A stretch of 63,942 bases of DNA, filler included, from Caldilineae bacterium (GTDB lineage Bacteria > Chloroflexota > Anaerolineae > DTLA01), in assembly GCA_037446815.1 (NCBI GenBank). It is 3 parts of 3 records of this genome, joined end to end, with 100 filler letters (N's around TTAATTAATTAA, not from the genome) between each part and the next. Parts side by side here need not be neighbours in the genome. Positions count along the whole stretch, not along the records: positions 1 to 28,885 come from JBBIHX010000025.1; positions 28,986 to 57,090 come from JBBIHX010000026.1; 1 more part is not named here. One strand, given 5' to 3'. Both the position numbers and the translations under genes were made by a program. The notes beneath the pieces are model-generated. The model was not told the DNA's origin, made no database searches, and saw only the letters and a program-made list of their open reading frames with translations. This document shows, piece by piece, positions 27,344-38,023 of the stretch (positions within the stretch are counted from its first letter, which is position 1; each line of letters opens with the position of its first letter).

Positions 27344-28711
27344 CTATTTGCTGGCGTTTCGGCTCTGTACCCACGCGGCGATGTCGTCCACCACCTCGCG
27401 GGCGACGTTGCCAGCCACGTCATATTCGGCCGGATTGGGCGCGCCGCTCCCCGGCATGAACAGGTGGTTGAGATTGGGGTAGGACTTGAACTGCACGTCG
27501 CCGCGCTGCCCAAGCCCCGCCTGCCACGCGGCGAAGTTCTCCATGGTAACCTGGTAATCCCGCTCGCCCTGCAAGATGAGCATGGGCATCGCCAGCGACC
27601 GCGCGGTCGCGACCGGGTCGTAGGCCAGGATGTCGGCCCAGTACGCCTTGCCCGCGCCCAGAATCACCTCGCCCTCGCCGAAATCCAGCGCCTTGACCCG
27701 CTCCACCTGCGTGCGGAGTTGGTCCAGCGCCTGCGCCTCCTCGGCCGCAACCGTGCCGTCCAGGGCGGCCAGATACTCGCTCTGCTCCAGCATCAGGTCG
27801 GCCAGGTTGCGGTTGCTGGCGGCCAGGAGAATCAGCCCGGCCAGGCGCGGGTCGCGGGCACCGATGCGCGGGGCCACGGTCCCGCCCAGGCTGTGCCCCA
27901 GGATGAATATCCGATTCGGGTCAATGCCGCGCACGCCGCGAAGGTACTCCACGGCTGCCAGCGCGTCGTTCACGACCTCCTCGTTGACCGTGAGCGTAGC
28001 CATGGACTGAATCATCTGCGCGGGGCACTGCTTGGTGCGCTTCTCGTACCGCAGGACGGCAACCCCCCGCGTGGCAAGCCCCCAGGCCAAGTCCTTGAAC
28101 GGCTTGTTGGGGCCGATGGTCTCGTCGCAGTCGTTAGGCCCCGAGCCATGCACGAGGACAATCGCCGGGAAGGGGCCGGAGCCCTTGGGCATCGTCAGCG
28201 TGGCCGGAAGGGGGCAGTCGCCGTCGGCGATTTGCGCCTCCGTCTCCGAGAAAGCGGCGGGATCGGCGTAATCCGGCGCTCTTCAAGTGCCCCCGCTTCC
28301 GGGCGGCACGAACCACAGCCCTGCGATGCGCCCTTGGGCGTCAAAGACAACTTTCATGTCCAGCGGGTTGCGCGCGAAGTCGCAGGCTACATAGGCGATG
28401 CGATAGCCCGCCTCCTGCGCCATGCGCACCTCCTTGATGCCCTGGAGCGCGCCCACGTTGCGGATGACTTCCTCCCACGTGGCTTTGAGTTTGGCGACCG
28501 GGAACGCCGCCGCCATCTGCGGGTCAAACATGGCCGCCGCCTCGGCGTATTTGCCCTCTTGGAGCAAGGCCGTGAAGTAGCGGGCCGCCGCCTCCAAGTC
28601 GCCCGATGGGGGCGTGGGCGCGGGGGTGGGCGAAGGCGTGGCCTTGGGAGCGCAGGCGCCCAACAGCATCCCCAAGGCCAAAAGCGAAGCAACCATCCAC
28701 CATCGTCTCAT
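27344..28711 (-). pseudogene. Lipoprotein alpha/beta hydrolase (DUF3887-like N-domain) interrupted by one in-frame TGA
   Basis: ORFs 28283-28711 and 27344-28192 share a frame; reads GLWFVPPGSGGT*RAPDYADP...HGSGP...GHSLGG...QGERDYQV...LNHLF. Confidence 0.8.
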
Positions 28712-28802
28712 CGCGCATCCTCCTCATGGACTGCTGAAGCATGGCTTCAGCAGCACAGACCATTGTGCCATATGCCGCCCCCCGCGTCAAAGCGGCAAGA
28801 TA

Positions 28803-28885
28803 GATTCGGTTTCAAACTGTGGTGGCATCCACCGTCATTCTGAGCGGCGAAGCCGCGAAGAATCTCGCCCCTCACCCCAGCCCTC
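28803..28885. repeat. Left part of a MITE-like element, truncated by the contig end
   Basis: GATTCGGTTTCAAAC...GTCATTCTGAGCGGCGAAGCCGCGAAGAATCTC...CCCTCACCCCAGCCCTC. Confidence 0.7.
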
Positions 28886-28985
28886 NNNNNNNNNNNNNNN
28901 NNNNNNNNNNNNNNNNNNNNNNNNNNNNNTTAATTAATTAANNNNNNNNNNNNNNNNNNNNNNNNNNNNNNNNNNNNNNNNNNNN
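28886..28985. other. Artificial contig linker
   Basis: 100 bp of N with a central TTAATTAATTAA (stops in all frames). Confidence 0.97.
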
Positions 28986-28997
28986 AAGCGTCGCGAT

Positions 28998-29025
28998 TTG
29001 ACATTGCGGCATGTGCACCTATAAT
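28998..29025 (+). promoter_or_regulatory. Putative promoter
   Basis: TTGACA-16-TATAAT. Confidence 0.6.
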
Positions 29026-29123
29026 GAGTCCGCTTCTCGGTATCAACTATCCCTGAGGCAGTCGGTACCAAGTGCCGACTGCTTTCTTTGTGCCCTGTGA
29101 GAGGGCAGACGGAGTCTCAGTCC

Positions 29124-30020
29124 ATGCATCGCAGAAGAAAGGGCAGAGTGCTTGTAATGCTGGGGTTAGGCTTGACCGTCCTGGTTCTGGCGGCGTCGCC
29201 GGCGGTGGCCAGTTACGTGGCGAGCATGCCGGCTTTGAAGGGCAGGTCATCGTGCGAAGAGGAGGTGCGGGCCCTGGGGTTGCCGGCCGAGCCGGTAACG
29301 TTCCCGTCGGACGATGGATTGATTCTGCGCGGGTGGTTCTTTCCGTCGGACGACGCGAGCGCCCCGGCGGTCATCTACGTGCACGGAAGCGGCGCATCGC
29401 CCAGGGAAGGATTGGGGCTCGTGGGGCCTCTGCACGAAGCAGGATATCATGTCCTGCTGTTCTCCTATCGCAACCACGGTCTCAGCGACAACGACTGGAT
29501 GGCAGGCGTCAGTTACGGCGCGCGGGAGAGCCGCGACGTGGATGCGGCCATACGGTATGTACACGACGTGCGGGGAGTGAGCAGAATCGCGCTTCAGGGG
29601 TTCTCCATGGGGGCAGTCGGCGTGTTGCTGAGCGCCGCGCGCAATCCGGACGTGGTCGCCGTTGTCGCCGAATCCCCATATGCCAGTTTTGAACAGGTAT
29701 GGGCCGCCAACGGCCGTCCGGTGCCCGAATTCTTCATCCAGGCCACCCGAGCACTCGTTACCCGCATGCGTGGGTTCAACGGCGACGACATCCAGCCCGT
29801 TCGTGCGGTAGGCCAGATAGGGCCCCGCCCGCTCCTGCTGATTCACGGCACAGCCGACGCGCACATTCCTTGGCGCCAGTCCCAGGCGCTGTTCCAGGCA
29901 GCGGGAGAGCCGAAGACGCTGTGGCTGGTGGACGGCGCGCACCACGGCGACGCACGCCTCCTCTACCCCGACCGGTATCATTCACTGCTACTGGAGTTCT
30001 ACCGGCGGGCCTTCTCGTAA
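29124..30020 (+). CDS. Membrane-anchored alpha/beta hydrolase
   Basis: N-terminal TM; DGLILRGWF, YVHG, GFSMG (GxSxG), LLLIHGTAD, GAHH; start uncertain. Confidence 0.85.
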   Translation: MHRRRKGRVLVMLGLGLTVLVLAASPAVASYVASMPALKGRSSCEEEVRALGLPAEPVTFPSDDGLILRGWFFPSDDASAPAVIYVHGSGASPREGLGLVGPLHEAGYHVLLFSYRNHGLSDNDWMAGVSYGARESRDVDAAIRYVHDVRGVSRIALQGFSMGAVGVLLSAARNPDVVAVVAESPYASFEQVWAANGRPVPEFFIQATRALVTRMRGFNGDDIQPVRAVGQIGPRPLLLIHGTADAHIPWRQSQALFQAAGEPKTLWLVDGAHHGDARLLYPDRYHSLLLEFYRRAFS

Positions 30021-30235
30021 GAGACGCGCGCGACCATGCTGCGAAGACCTGCCCGCTGTGGCTGGGGAAGGGACACGGCCGCACATGGAGTTTCCAGATC
30101 CTGCCGCTGCGACGGGGTTGGAGGCAGACCGTCTGGAGTGTTTCGCTGGGTTCGCGATGCGACGCACAGCGAACTGGTAGCGCTCCTGGATGCGCTATGC
30201 GCCGGCGGGCCGTAGCACACGAACCCCAGGCTTGC

Positions 30236-30650
30236 TCACTTCAACTCAATCGGCAGTTCCGCCGTGTTTAGGACGCGCAAGGTGATGGAGTCGGTGCCTG
30301 CCGGCAGCGCTTCGGTGCGAATCTCCAGACGGTAAAAGTGTCGGACGTACCCGAAGATGTTCTCAAATAGGGAGACGAGCTCGCTAGAGCGTTCGCTGCG
30401 GCTGTAAGGACACCGGTGTGCAGCCAACTGGAGAGGTTCCTCTTTTAGGCTCGTACTCTGTACGCCGACGGTGCAAATGCCAATGTTTTCAGCCTCCGCC
30501 ATCTGAGCGATGCGCAGCGCGCGCTCCCGATCGTCCCCTTTCAAGACAACGCTGGCATTGTCCGCGCCATCTGTCAGCACAATCAAATAACGAGCGCTTT
30601 CCGAGCAGGTTCGTGCTACCTCAATCCACGCCGACAGCAGGGCCAGCGCC
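30236..30650 (-). pseudogene. C-terminal remnant of a VWA-domain protein
   Basis: YLIVLTDGADNAS...ICTVG is a vWA motif; no credible start and no N-terminal MIDAS DxSxS. Confidence 0.5.
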
Positions 30651-30787
30651 CGCCGGCCCAGTGCGCGAAATCCCACGAGAAAACCTCCATCGCAAGAATG
30701 CGGCATAGCCCAGCGCGGGTGAGCAGGTGGCGCAAGGCGGCGTCCCCGCGCGCCTAATGCGTCAAATACACCCCATGAAGTCCGAGT

Positions 30788-30816
30788 TTGACAACCCCGC
30801 ACGGGATTTGTATAAT
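30788..30816 (+). promoter_or_regulatory. Consensus sigma70 promoter
   Basis: TTGACA-17-TATAAT, about 280 nt upstream of the 31099 start. Confidence 0.7.
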
Positions 30817-31098
30817 AGTTATCAATAATCACCATAAAGAGACCTGCCTGTGTGCTCTGGAGCGCCCGGCGCCGATCCCATCCTCGTTGCACGGCTAGGC
30901 TCTCATCGCTGCCATTCCGCGCAACTCAGATGGATGCCCATAGCGGCTGAAGGCAGCAACGCCTCTCTGGTGATCCGCTGGTGCGAGTTTTGCTACGACT
31001 TGTGTTGGCACGCGACGGTTGCGGTGCGCCGCGCCGTCACCACAGGTCGCGGCAGCGCCTGCGGCCCGCGCTGGTGAAAGGCCGGAGAGGAGAATCAT

Positions 31099-33462
31099 AT
31101 GAACCGACCCCGCTGGATTGTGCCCCTTGTTGCAGGACTGCTGGTCATCGTGGCCGCTGTATGGGTGTCTGCAAGCCAACCCCCTGACAGCCCGCCCGTC
31201 GCCCCCCAGGAAGTGGCCATTTCAGCCGTGGCGACGTTGACGCCGATGGGCGACGCCTACGTGGACTGGTTCCAGCCTGACACCAAGTTCGGCACGGCTC
31301 TGACGCTTCAGGTGCAAGACTACCAGGGCCGATTGTCCACGCGCCGCAGCCTCCTACGCTTTGACCTGAGCCAGATTCCGACCAACGCGACCATTGAATC
31401 GGCGGTGCTGCGCATGTACCTCGTGAGCGCGGCGAGCGGTATCACGGACGTCAGCCTGCGCTTCATGCCCATCACCTCGGCGTGGGAGGAGTCCACGGTG
31501 GACTGGAACACCCAGCCGACGGTAGGCAGCCCGGTTCTCAGCCACAACGTGAACCTGACGCCGGGATACAAGAACTTCAACATCACGTCAATCGTGCAAA
31601 CATGGCAGGCAGGCCCGAACTTCGGCGTGGAAATCCGCGAATCCTGGGCAGGGATTCCCTTCAACCGCACATTCTCCAGCCGCGAGAACGCGGCGCAGCG
31701 GCCTGAACTGGTGATCACCTACACCGCGCCCACGCGCACGCCGACCCGCACACCCACCCGAACGCCAACCCGCACGCCCACGCGGACTCCGACGAGGACG
31801 CCCACGCGCACCCCGATCGCTGACCTGTCCGTAACAGGGATTGAGATCACGCAGTCCATTCAGGACCTGGACAACACCGTGCCGCTGGTTGCCGGAAAGC
31901 GGACTTACGTCCGCGTCCATGTCAAGTCCAACGGGCCGGCCATCGGCAACGTAACCGGGCATTTCGTGTTCAGCCATTCCAACACGCCTTCCACCGGCTG
32001 GATCGCCGCGGCCAACCTGGGCGGCGTGATCACCGTCAAGGCCAGCCCCGACCGCGGCAAGCGCGAGGATTCGTTCTGGGTTGAGGTCCCGCCTGCGATG
32101 ACGGCTTCGGGAACGCTTCAGGTGAACTTCAGCATGAACCGCAACCATACGATCCCGGAGACCAACTACGCCAACAACACGACGAGCCTGAGCCGCGTGC
32201 TGACGGCTTCGCCGCCAGCGAAGTTCATCATCTACCGCGTGCGCTACCAAGCGGGCGGGCAGTGGCATCAGTCCACAGGCCTGGAAGCGGCGATGATGGC
32301 CTATTGGATTCGGCGCGCCTATCCCATCCCCTACGTGCAGTACCAGGTACGCACGCTGAACTGGAACTTGTCAAAGACGCCCGGAGCGGCCGGATGCGAC
32401 ACGGTGAACGCGATCCTGACCCTGCTGCGCTGGGCTGAGGGGAACCCCGCCCAGTGGCGCTACTATGCGCTGGTGGCCGATTCCGGCGGGTTCATGCGCG
32501 GGTGCGCGGTGGACATTCCGGACTACATCGCCTCAGGCCCGTCAGGCCCTCCGTCGGGCCAGGCCTTTGCCACGTGGGACACAGATTCGTCCTACGGCGA
32601 CTGGTACGGCGCCCACGAACTGGCCCACACGTATGGCCAGCAGCATGCGAACTTCTGCGGGGCCAAGGGCGGCGCAGGCTACCCCTATCCCAGCGGAATC
32701 ATCGGCGGCCCCGTGGGCAATACCAGCCGGTACTACGGCTGGGATCCGGGGTTCCGGCGGGTCTACGGCCCGACGTGGACCGACATCATGACCTACTGCC
32801 CCAACGAATGGATATCGGACTACACCTACAAGTCCATCCGCACGAGGCTGCTGCTGGAATCGTTTTCCGCCGCGGCCCAGCCGCAGATCGCGGCGGGCGC
32901 CGAGTACCTGGCCGTGATGGGCAGCGCCAGCGTCGAACTCGGCACGGCGCAACTGAACACGCTGTACCGCATCTCCGACACCGTTGTGCTCGAGCCGCCG
33001 ACTCCAAGCGCCGACTGGAAGATTGTCCTGCGCAGCAGCGGCGGCGCGACGCTCGCCGAGTATCCTTTCACCCCGCACGTTCACGATGCCGGGCCTGGCG
33101 AAGGCCCCGAGCCTGAGGAGTCCATCAGCGAGTTCGTGCCCTGGGTGGCGGGAACCACTCGCGTGGTGATTCTGTACAAGGGCAGCGAGGCGGCATCCCG
33201 CGCCGTCAGCGCCAGCGCGCCGTTGGCCGACATCGTCTACCCCAACGGCGGCGAGAGGTTGGGCGGGGACACGGTAACGGTGCGATGGACGGGGACGGAT
33301 GCCGACGGCGATCCGCTGGTCTACGCGCTGTTCTACAGCGCCGACGGGGGCGCGAATTGGCTGCCTATCGCCGTGGACATCGCGGGCACGCAGGCCGATA
33401 TCCTCCCCAAGCCTGCCACCGGAGCAGGTCGGCGGCATGTGGGTGCCCCTGCCCGTTGCTAG
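31099..33462 (+). CDS. Secreted DNRLRE-type domain + PT linker + metzincin metalloprotease protein, probably C-terminally truncated
   Basis: Signal peptide; DAYV, RSLLRFDLS, WEESTVDWNTQP, FSSRE..RPELVITY; HELAHTYGQQH and DIMTY Met-turn; RBS GAGGAG. Confidence 0.75.
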   Translation: MNRPRWIVPLVAGLLVIVAAVWVSASQPPDSPPVAPQEVAISAVATLTPMGDAYVDWFQPDTKFGTALTLQVQDYQGRLSTRRSLLRFDLSQIPTNATIESAVLRMYLVSAASGITDVSLRFMPITSAWEESTVDWNTQPTVGSPVLSHNVNLTPGYKNFNITSIVQTWQAGPNFGVEIRESWAGIPFNRTFSSRENAAQRPELVITYTAPTRTPTRTPTRTPTRTPTRTPTRTPTRTPIADLSVTGIEITQSIQDLDNTVPLVAGKRTYVRVHVKSNGPAIGNVTGHFVFSHSNTPSTGWIAAANLGGVITVKASPDRGKREDSFWVEVPPAMTASGTLQVNFSMNRNHTIPETNYANNTTSLSRVLTASPPAKFIIYRVRYQAGGQWHQSTGLEAAMMAYWIRRAYPIPYVQYQVRTLNWNLSKTPGAAGCDTVNAILTLLRWAEGNPAQWRYYALVADSGGFMRGCAVDIPDYIASGPSGPPSGQAFATWDTDSSYGDWYGAHELAHTYGQQHANFCGAKGGAGYPYPSGIIGGPVGNTSRYYGWDPGFRRVYGPTWTDIMTYCPNEWISDYTYKSIRTRLLLESFSAAAQPQIAAGAEYLAVMGSASVELGTAQLNTLYRISDTVVLEPPTPSADWKIVLRSSGGATLAEYPFTPHVHDAGPGEGPEPEESISEFVPWVAGTTRVVILYKGSEAASRAVSASAPLADIVYPNGGERLGGDTVTVRWTGTDADGDPLVYALFYSADGGANWLPIAVDIAGTQADILPKPATGAGRRHVGAPARC
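31729..31812 (+). repeat. Coding tandem repeat (PTRT)x7
   Basis: Seven 12-bp units with synonymous variation. Confidence 0.9.
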
Positions 33463-33528
33463 GTATGCCGCGTCGCAAGGCGGGCGCGTAGGCCGCCTTT
33501 CCCTACGCAGGCGGTGCGCCCGGCCGCC

Positions 33529-35640
33529 CTAGATCACGAACTCGCCGCGCAGGCCGCCCTGGCTGTGGGGAGCGATCCACACGTAGAAGCGCCCGGGCTC
33601 CACGCCCCGCGTCCCATCGGCCCGAGTGAAGGCGAGCATCTCCTCGGTGAGGGTGAATGTAACCGTGCGAGTCTCGCCTGGGCCTAGTTCCACTGCGTGG
33701 AAGTCCTTCAGTTCGCGCACCGGACGGGTCAGCGAACCGACTAGGTCGCGCACGTACAGTTGCACGACCTCGCGGCCAGCGCGCGGGCCGACGTTGGTGA
33801 TGTCGGCGCTCACCTGCAGCCTCCCGCGGAGAACATCGCTGCTCAACGACAGGCGGTCGTACTGGAAGGCGGTGTAGGTCAGCCCATACCCGAACGGGAA
33901 AAGGGGGCTGGTCGGCAGGTCGGTGTATCGGGTTCGGAACGGGCCGGTGTCGGTGAGGGGGCGGCCTGAGTTCTTGTGATTGTAGTAGATGGGCACCTGA
34001 CCGGTGGCGCGCGGGAACGTGATGGGCAGCCGCCCGCCGGGGGCCGCGTGCCCGAACAGGATGTCGCCCAGCGCCGCGCCGCCCTCTATCCCCGGGTGCC
34101 AGGCGTACAGGACAGCCTGCGCCTGCGAGACCTGCCGGGTGATGGCCAGCGGCCGCCCGGCGAAGACAACGAGCACAATCGGCTTGCCCAGGGCCGCCAT
34201 CGCCTCAACAAACTCCGCTTGGCCCGGCGGCAGGCTCAGATCGCTGACGTTGGCGTTCTCGCCTGAACGGCCGGGGTGCTCGCCGAGGAGCAGGATCACG
34301 GCATCCGAGTACTGCGCGATGTGCAGGGCCAGGTCAACGTGGGGCTCAAACACCAGTTCCACGTCCTTGGGGGCCGTTTGACGGAGCGCCTCGTCCATCG
34401 GCGTAACGTCCTCGGCGCGCCCGTCCATCGTCCAGGTACCGAACAGTTCGCCGCGCGCGTTGACGAAATTGCCCGCAACCAGGATTCTTCGGAATCCCTG
34501 GAGCGGCAGGAGGTTGTTGTCATTCTTCAGCAAGACCATGCTCTGGCGGGCGAGAACCCGCGCCAGTTGCCGCGCCTCCGCCGTGAGGAGGCCGTGGGCG
34601 GCCCGCTCTGGGTCGGCGAAGGGGCGCCCGAACAGCCCGGCGCGGTGCTTGATGCGCAGGACGCGGCGCACGGCCTCGTCAATCTCCTCCGCCGGAACCT
34701 TGCCATCGCGCACGCCGGCCGCCAGCGTCTCTAGGTACGAGCGGCTGACCATGTCCATGTCCACGCCGGCATGAAGGGCGATTCGGGCGGCGTCGGCCCT
34801 GTCCTCGGCGACCCCGTGCTGCACCAGTTCTGCCACCGAATCCCAGTCGGACACGACAAAGCCATCAAAGCCCCACTCCCCGCGCAGGATGTCGGTCAGC
34901 AGCCGCCGGTTGGCGGTCGCGGGGATTCCGTTCAGGTCAACGAACGCCGACATGAGGGTGCCGACGCCCGCGCGGACAGCGCTCTCAAAGGGGGGCAGGT
35001 AGACATCGCGCAGGGTGGGTTCGGAGATTTCGCTGCTCTCGTAATCGCGCCCGCCCTGGGCTGCGCCATACCCCGCGTAGTGCTTGGCGCACGCGACGAG
35101 CGTGTCGGGGCGGGAAAGGTCGCCCCCCTGGAACCCGCGGACAACGGCCGCGGCCATGCGGCTGCCGAGGGTCGGATCTTCGCCGAACCCCTCGGCCACG
35201 CGCCCCCACCGCGGGTCGCGTGTGATGTCCACCACGGGGGCGAACGTCCAGTGCACGCCATCGGCGCTGGCCTCGCGCGCGGCAACGGACGCGGCTTCCT
35301 CGGCCAGCGCGGGGTCAAACGCGGCGGCCTGGGCGAGAGGTATCGGGAAGACGGTGCGGTGGCCGTGAATCACGTCGCGCCCGAAGATGAGGGGAATCCG
35401 CAGCCGCGCTTCCAGCGCCAGTCGCTGCAAGAAGTTCACCGTCTCGGCCTTGCCGGCTTCGGACAGTCCATGCGCGGCCAGCACGCCAGAAGACCCGTTG
35501 AGGATAGAACCGACCTTGCCCTGGCGGAGCATGTCGGGGTCAAAGTCGGCGCCCACGGGAATCTGATTGAGTTGTCCAATCTTCTCGTCCAGAGTCATCT
35601 CCGACAGGAGATGCTCAACGAAACCTTCGGTGTCTGCCAT
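33529..35640 (-). CDS. GH3 beta-glucosidase (BglX-like, no signal peptide)
   Basis: MTLDEKIGQL, DVIHG, RDPRWGRVAEGFGEDP, KHYAGYG, VVSDW, FPFGYGL, EVVQLY, RPVRELK. Confidence 0.93.
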   Translation of the reverse strand: MADTEGFVEHLLSEMTLDEKIGQLNQIPVGADFDPDMLRQGKVGSILNGSSGVLAAHGLSEAGKAETVNFLQRLALEARLRIPLIFGRDVIHGHRTVFPIPLAQAAAFDPALAEEAASVAAREASADGVHWTFAPVVDITRDPRWGRVAEGFGEDPTLGSRMAAAVVRGFQGGDLSRPDTLVACAKHYAGYGAAQGGRDYESSEISEPTLRDVYLPPFESAVRAGVGTLMSAFVDLNGIPATANRRLLTDILRGEWGFDGFVVSDWDSVAELVQHGVAEDRADAARIALHAGVDMDMVSRSYLETLAAGVRDGKVPAEEIDEAVRRVLRIKHRAGLFGRPFADPERAAHGLLTAEARQLARVLARQSMVLLKNDNNLLPLQGFRRILVAGNFVNARGELFGTWTMDGRAEDVTPMDEALRQTAPKDVELVFEPHVDLALHIAQYSDAVILLLGEHPGRSGENANVSDLSLPPGQAEFVEAMAALGKPIVLVVFAGRPLAITRQVSQAQAVLYAWHPGIEGGAALGDILFGHAAPGGRLPITFPRATGQVPIYYNHKNSGRPLTDTGPFRTRYTDLPTSPLFPFGYGLTYTAFQYDRLSLSSDVLRGRLQVSADITNVGPRAGREVVQLYVRDLVGSLTRPVRELKDFHAVELGPGETRTVTFTLTEEMLAFTRADGTRGVEPGRFYVWIAPHSQGGLRGEFVI

Positions 35641-35689
35641 GTTGCGCTCCTTGATTTGGGTTGTTGCTGATGTGCGACGACCTGCGGGG

Positions 35690-38023
35690 CTATGCGCCCT
35701 CCGGCGGCGATTCCCTGCGCAGGCGGATGCGCCCGTCCAGGCCGTGCAGGCGCACTCGGCCGGCGCCCTTGGGTTGCGGCACGGCCTCCGCGCCCTCGCA
35801 CCGCCAGCCGTCCAGGCTCAATTCCGCGAAGAACTCTTGCTGCGCGGTCTCCAGCGTGATGCTCGTCGGGTCGCGCACAACCCCCCTTACCTCTGCTGTG
35901 AGATAGTGAACCACGACGCCCGCATCCACGCGCCAATCCAGCGGGAGGATGGCTCCCTGGCGGGCGGGCAGGCAGATGCGGTTGCCGCCGAACAAGGGCC
36001 TGTCCTCCCAGGAGACAACCGTCTCCACGGGGTCGTCTTGGTAGTTGTTGATGAAGAGGAAACTGCCGTTCTCGCCCCGACTGATGCGCACATCGGCCCA
36101 ATCGCTCAGCGTGAACGCGGACGCGCAGCCCATCCTGAGGGCCATCTGGTGGACGATGTCCAGGTCCTCCAGCGTGTAAGCGGGCACCGCCGCGCCGAAC
36201 ATGAGGACACGGCCCGCGCCCACCCGTTTCACGAACCCCACAACCGCCCCATCCCCGCGCGTGGCCACGATCTCGTCAAAGTCGCCCGAGTACGTCTCCA
36301 CGAACGAGGCAGGGACATCGGTGTGCCCGAAGGCGCTGATGGGCAGGGTCGCAAAGGGCGTTCCGCCGTCCAATTGCCGGATGCCGATAGCGTCCTTGAG
36401 GATGGTGCAGGGTTCGTGCTGGAAATCCTCCAAGCACATCCTGCCCACCAGGACCAGCCTTCCGCCCTGGCGAACGTAGTCTGCCAGTTTCCGCTGGGTT
36501 TCCGCGCTGCATTGCCTGTCCATCATCACCCAGCACAGCGGTATGCGAGCGGCGTCCAGGTCGCACCGATCCAGGTCCACTGCGTTGAAGGGGCGATGCG
36601 TCAGCGCCAACCCCCTGGCAATCATGTCAAACAGGATGGCGTCGCGCTGGTGGGTGATGATGTTGGCGGATTCGCGGGTGAAGTCGTTGTTCACTTCGGT
36701 CATGAAGTAGTCCAGCAGGAAACCGATGGTGGTAACCGTCTGGGGTGTGGACAGGACCAGGTCCTGCCCGTAGGCGTCTAGTGCCCTGGACAGTTTCGGG
36801 TAGCGGAAGTAGTGCTTGCGCAGGGAGCCGTCTTTGCGGACGGGGTGGCCCCAGTCGTGGCGCTTGACCGGGCTGAGAATCGGGTCGTTTTCGCCGTCAA
36901 AGAACAGGTAGTGATTGACCGCGCGCATCCCGCAGGAGATGCAGAGGCGCGTGTGTAGGTCGTACAGGGACGCTTGCGCTCCGCTGAAATCCTGATTGCC
37001 GCCGGCCTGGAACTCAATGGAGAACAGCGGCTGCTCGCGGTTTTGCAGCGCTTTCGTCATCTCGTTGACCAGCAGCAACTGGTGGAAGTTGCCCTCGTCA
37101 ATGCGGCCTGGGTACACGTCGGTGGCGCTGATGACGCCGTCCATCTCCATTACCGCAATCAACTGCGAGAGGCCAATGGGGAAGGTCTTGCCACCGTTTG
37201 CGAAGCCGTGGATGTTGATGACCGGCGGGACTTCCAGGCCGCATGCCTTCGCCTGCGAGAGCAGAAAGCCCGCGTACTCGCGCAGGTATTCCCGATAGAA
37301 GCGGCGGTAGTCCTCTACGATATGCGCGGCATGGGGCGGGCGTGGGTTCACAAGACCGTCTCGGAGAAAGTCCGACAGGGACTCCGCCGGATACCGGTCG
37401 CGCAGGCGGTCGCCGTAGGTGCGCGCCAGGTACGCGGCGAAGCGGGACAGGGTGTCCGGGTTAATGTCCAGGATGTTCCGCACCCACTGGATCATGCCCA
37501 TTTCGTTGTCCAGTTGCACGAGGATGATCTTGCCGCCGCGCGTGATTTGGCGCGGGGCCAGAACTCCGAAGACGGCTTTGTACCACCCGACGACACAGGC
37601 GAGGAAGTCGGGACGCAGGTAACTGACCACGTTCTGGGCTTTTCCGTCCTGGCTGACAAAGGCCACGCCGGGATGTTTGCGAAACACCCACGGGGGGATG
37701 CCCTCGTTGATGGTCTCGGCCATGATGTAAGGGCCGGGGCGCGCGATGATGTACAGGCCCATGTCGGCGGCCAGGTCCAGAAAGCCGACCAGATCGCGCA
37801 TGGGGTGGCTGTGGCCGTCTAGGTCTATAAGGCCCTCCTCGGGCTGGTGCCAGAGCCAGGGAATGTAGGACGCCACGGCGTTGAATCCGGCGGCCTTGAG
37901 GAGGCCGAGGCGGTGCGCCCACGCCTCCTTTGGCGTGCGGAAGTAGTGGAACTCGCCTGCCTGAATGAGGGTCGGCTTACCGTCTAGCCAGACCTGCCCA
38001 TGCTGTGCGTAGAATCTGCTCAT
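35690..38023 (-). CDS. GH35-family glycosidase / transglycosylase
   Basis: GEFHYFR, YIPWLWH, RPGPYIMAE, QLDNEMG (acid/base), IEFQAG (nucleophile). Confidence 0.85.
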   Translation of the reverse strand: MSRFYAQHGQVWLDGKPTLIQAGEFHYFRTPKEAWAHRLGLLKAAGFNAVASYIPWLWHQPEEGLIDLDGHSHPMRDLVGFLDLAADMGLYIIARPGPYIMAETINEGIPPWVFRKHPGVAFVSQDGKAQNVVSYLRPDFLACVVGWYKAVFGVLAPRQITRGGKIILVQLDNEMGMIQWVRNILDINPDTLSRFAAYLARTYGDRLRDRYPAESLSDFLRDGLVNPRPPHAAHIVEDYRRFYREYLREYAGFLLSQAKACGLEVPPVINIHGFANGGKTFPIGLSQLIAVMEMDGVISATDVYPGRIDEGNFHQLLLVNEMTKALQNREQPLFSIEFQAGGNQDFSGAQASLYDLHTRLCISCGMRAVNHYLFFDGENDPILSPVKRHDWGHPVRKDGSLRKHYFRYPKLSRALDAYGQDLVLSTPQTVTTIGFLLDYFMTEVNNDFTRESANIITHQRDAILFDMIARGLALTHRPFNAVDLDRCDLDAARIPLCWVMMDRQCSAETQRKLADYVRQGGRLVLVGRMCLEDFQHEPCTILKDAIGIRQLDGGTPFATLPISAFGHTDVPASFVETYSGDFDEIVATRGDGAVVGFVKRVGAGRVLMFGAAVPAYTLEDLDIVHQMALRMGCASAFTLSDWADVRISRGENGSFLFINNYQDDPVETVVSWEDRPLFGGNRICLPARQGAILPLDWRVDAGVVVHYLTAEVRGVVRDPTSITLETAQQEFFAELSLDGWRCEGAEAVPQPKGAGRVRLHGLDGRIRLRRESPPEGA

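Noticed and set aside
28283..28285. Selenocysteine codon
   Set aside because: Non-catalytic linker position and no supporting evidence; a nonsense change is more parsimonious
28886..28985. TTAATTAATTAA inside N-runs (also 57091-57190) as a biological motif
   Set aside because: Identical 100-bp construct twice with stops in all six frames; an assembly linker
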